IMG/VR virus record: IMGVR_UViG_2698536450_000022
Reading direction: 5' to 3' (one strand)
DNA from: a virus
Taxonomy: Duplodnaviria; Heunggongvirae; Uroviricota; Caudoviricetes
DNA length: 8,985 nucleotides
The notes beneath the pieces were generated by a model, which was given only the letters and a program-made list of their open reading frames with translations, was not told the DNA's origin and searched no databases. Of this stretch, positions 6,976 through 8,985 are shown in pieces (position 1 is the stretch's first letter; the number at the start of each line of letters is the position of its first letter). Position numbers and translations under genes: made by a program.

Positions 6976-8985
6976 TTAGATTCCCTCAACTATTTTCATA
7001 ATTCTAGCTGCATCATTCTTTTTGTCTTGATATTCAGCATAGGCTTGTTTTGATTGCACGATTAGGTCATTATATGTCAATATTTTTCCATTGATAGAAA
7101 GTAATTGCATATTTATAAAGTGTTGGTTCTCTTGTAAATATCCAGAGCCAACCAGGAATATTACTTCTATATGCGGTATATTTCCACCTGGGCAATTTTT
7201 AGGGTTATTGGAGAACCATTGTGTCGTTGCCTGTACATATTTATTACCTTGTGCGACTAGGTTCATTATATCTGGGTGCACTTTAGGTCGTTTCATCTCA
7301 ATAATTACATGCTTGCCAGAAACGGTTTTGAAAGCGATATCAATACGAGCACCGCTAGCAGCATCAGGGTTTATCTGTTTTAGTTCCTTGGTCAATGTTT
7401 GCTCCATAACAGATGTGCCTGTGACTCTTTCCCATGAAGGATCCAATAACCATAAATGATCATATAAATACATTTGTACAGCTCTTTCAAGCTGATTTTC
7501 ATCAGTTATTTTTTGGAATTTTTCAATTACTTTAAGGCGTTGCGAAGTAATTTCATAAAACATGCTTGCTTCAATGTCATTGACAGATGCAAATACATCT
7601 TTAAAATTTTCTGATTGAAGGTTGCTTATTTTATCTAATGCATCAAGGTTGTCTTGAATTCTAAGTCTTTCAAAGGCTAATACCGTATTTTTTAATACGG
7701 TTTTTCTTGCTGCTTTTTGTTCTTCCTCATTACCAGAAAAACGGAATGTGTTTACTCGTCCAATTAACTTTTCGGCACTTTCTCTCTCATGTTTTTTGAG
7801 AGAATTCAGCCATTCACTTACTATTGGAGTATTGCTTTTAACTTCATTTACTCCTTTTTCGCGTCTCCATTTATCCCAATCTTTATCGATTAGTTGTAGC
7901 GTTCTTTCCAGAAAACCTTTAAGTACAGGGTATCTTGGATCATTCTGTTGTAGTTTTTGACGAGAAGATGTTGCCATATCAGGCTTTTCGTTATCATCTA
8001 GAAAATCGGCGACTATTTCACCGACCAGATAATTGGTGAATACTTTAGCACTTCCAAATTCTAATAATATGTCCTCCTCAAAAACACGTCCGTGAGAGAT
8101 TACAGTAATGCTGTTGTTAGATATTTCAGGGTCTTTCTTTAACTGTGATGGCTTAACTACACTGCCAATGTACCCACTAACTTTTACATCTTTTCCTTCA
8201 AAGGTAATAGTATTTGGTAATATGTTTTTTTGTGTGATGTTTGTGCAGGATTTTATCCTTTCAGGGTCGGATTCGCCAAATTCCCAAATGAACTCGAGAT
8301 CTGAAAGGAAATCTCTATCTGCCGGTGTAATATCGGTCCCATTAATTTTAACTGTAAAGTTATGGTTGGGGCCAATAATGCTAAATCGACGAGCTATTCG
8401 CTTTCTGAGGTAAGTTTGAGTCCTATCAATGGCTTTTTTTAGTTCAAATAATTTAATTGTAGTGCCGTAAGCAAGATTTTCGGGTATTTCAAGGGAGTCA
8501 GCAATATAGTTTTTTGATTCTTTGATACTTTGCTGTAAATCTTTGACATCTACCTCAAAGGCCTGAGGCTGTTCCCCCTTTTTGTACGAATAAACTTGGA
8601 TTTTATTGGCAAGTGAAAACATGGCAAGCTTACCAATACCTTTTCTGCCCATAACTTGACGTTTTAGATGATCGCTTTTGGCTCTTCCATGTTCCCTGCG
8701 AGCATAACCGACTTTTAGGAACTTATTAATAATGTCATCTTTAGACATGCCATGACCATCATCTTTAATGATGACCTCTCCTTTCTCAACATCAAGTGTA
8801 ATTTCTACATTTTGAGCATCTGCATCCCATGCATTTGATATAATCTCAGTTAGTACCGCGGGAGTATTGGAATAGAGACTCATCCCTAGGGAAGGTGCGA
8901 ATAAGCAGGTCATTTCTTCCCAAGCTGACTCGCTGATTAAAATTTCGCGGATCTGGGCCGATTTTTTTCCCGTAAACACATCGAA
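6976..8985 (-). CDS. GHKL-family ATPase (MORC/MutL/Hsp90-like Bergerat fold) fused to a C-terminal PD-(D/E)xK nuclease domain; putative ATP-dependent restriction/defence nuclease. 5' end is incomplete: the frame is open to the window edge.
   Basis: Minus-strand ORF with stop at 6976-6978. GHKL motifs: N-box EIISNAWDA (8821-8847), G1 box DDGHGM (8746-8763), G2 box GRKGIGKLA (8623-8649). C-terminal RIDIAF ... IIEMK gives D547 / E561 / K563 of a PD-(D/E)xK core (7291-7341). The track's start at 8977-8979 is GTG, and the two codons upstream to 8985 (F, D) are in frame with no stop, so the true start is probably beyond the window. Confidence 0.85.
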   Translation of the reverse strand, partial: FDVFTGKKSAQIREILISESAWEEMTCLFAPSLGMSLYSNTPAVLTEIISNAWDADAQNVEITLDVEKGEVIIKDDGHGMSKDDIINKFLKVGYARREHGRAKSDHLKRQVMGRKGIGKLAMFSLANKIQVYSYKKGEQPQAFEVDVKDLQQSIKESKNYIADSLEIPENLAYGTTIKLFELKKAIDRTQTYLRKRIARRFSIIGPNHNFTVKINGTDITPADRDFLSDLEFIWEFGESDPERIKSCTNITQKNILPNTITFEGKDVKVSGYIGSVVKPSQLKKDPEISNNSITVISHGRVFEEDILLEFGSAKVFTNYLVGEIVADFLDDNEKPDMATSSRQKLQQNDPRYPVLKGFLERTLQLIDKDWDKWRREKGVNEVKSNTPIVSEWLNSLKKHERESAEKLIGRVNTFRFSGNEEEQKAARKTVLKNTVLAFERLRIQDNLDALDKISNLQSENFKDVFASVNDIEASMFYEITSQRLKVIEKFQKITDENQLERAVQMYLYDHLWLLDPSWERVTGTSVMEQTLTKELKQINPDAASGARIDIAFKTVSGKHVIIEMKRPKVHPDIMNLVAQGNKYVQATTQWFSNNPKNCPGGNIPHIEVIFLVGSGYLQENQHFINMQLLSINGKILTYNDLIVQSKQAYAEYQDKKNDAARIMKIVEGI

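Noticed and set aside
7091-8413. Plus-strand ORFs 7091-7459, 7748-7960 and 8108-8413 inside the GHKL-nuclease gene
   Set aside because: Antisense shadow ORFs in AT-rich coding sequence; Cys/Phe/Leu/Ser-rich translations with no motifs.
8961-8970. T7 homopolymer (A7 on the coding strand, encoding K-K) near the 5' end of the nuclease gene as a possible phase-variation switch
   Set aside because: Seven bases is short for efficient slipped-strand phase variation, and AT-rich genes contain such runs by chance. Not supportable without population sequencing.
1-8985. Search for tRNA, attachment-site direct repeats, CRISPR repeats, IS elements or transposases
   Set aside because: No cloverleaf-like tRNA sequence, no regularly spaced repeats and no transposase-like ORF were found. 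The integrase stop sits at position 1, so any att site or target tRNA lies outside the window to the left.

Overview
The window reads as the early/lysogeny region of a P2-like (Peduovirus-type) prophage, followed by an AT-rich two-gene cargo module. All calls rest on protein motifs read from the supplied translations and on sequence inspection; no database search was run. Positions 1-5772 carry, in P2 order, a tyrosine integrase (minus), a C-type immunity repressor (minus), a face-to-face switch region with palindromic operator-like repeats, then on the plus strand cox, a small ORF, replication gene B, four small translationally coupled ORFs (one a TraR/DksA-type C4 zinc finger) and the rolling-circle replication initiator A. 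From about 5775 the composition turns visibly AT-rich. This part encodes a Dcm-family C5-cytosine methyltransferase (plus) with its own extended -10 promoter, strong Shine-Dalgarno and a TTG start. Convergent with it, and separated by a GC-rich hairpin, is a large minus-strand protein of at least 667 aa that fuses an N-terminal GHKL (MORC/MutL/Hsp90-like) ATPase to a C-terminal PD-(D/E)xK nuclease and runs off the right edge of the window. This pair sits where P2 carries tin/old, and is the main candidate for an uncharacterised methylation-guarded, ATP-dependent restriction/defence system. No tRNA, rRNA, CRISPR array or transposase was seen.
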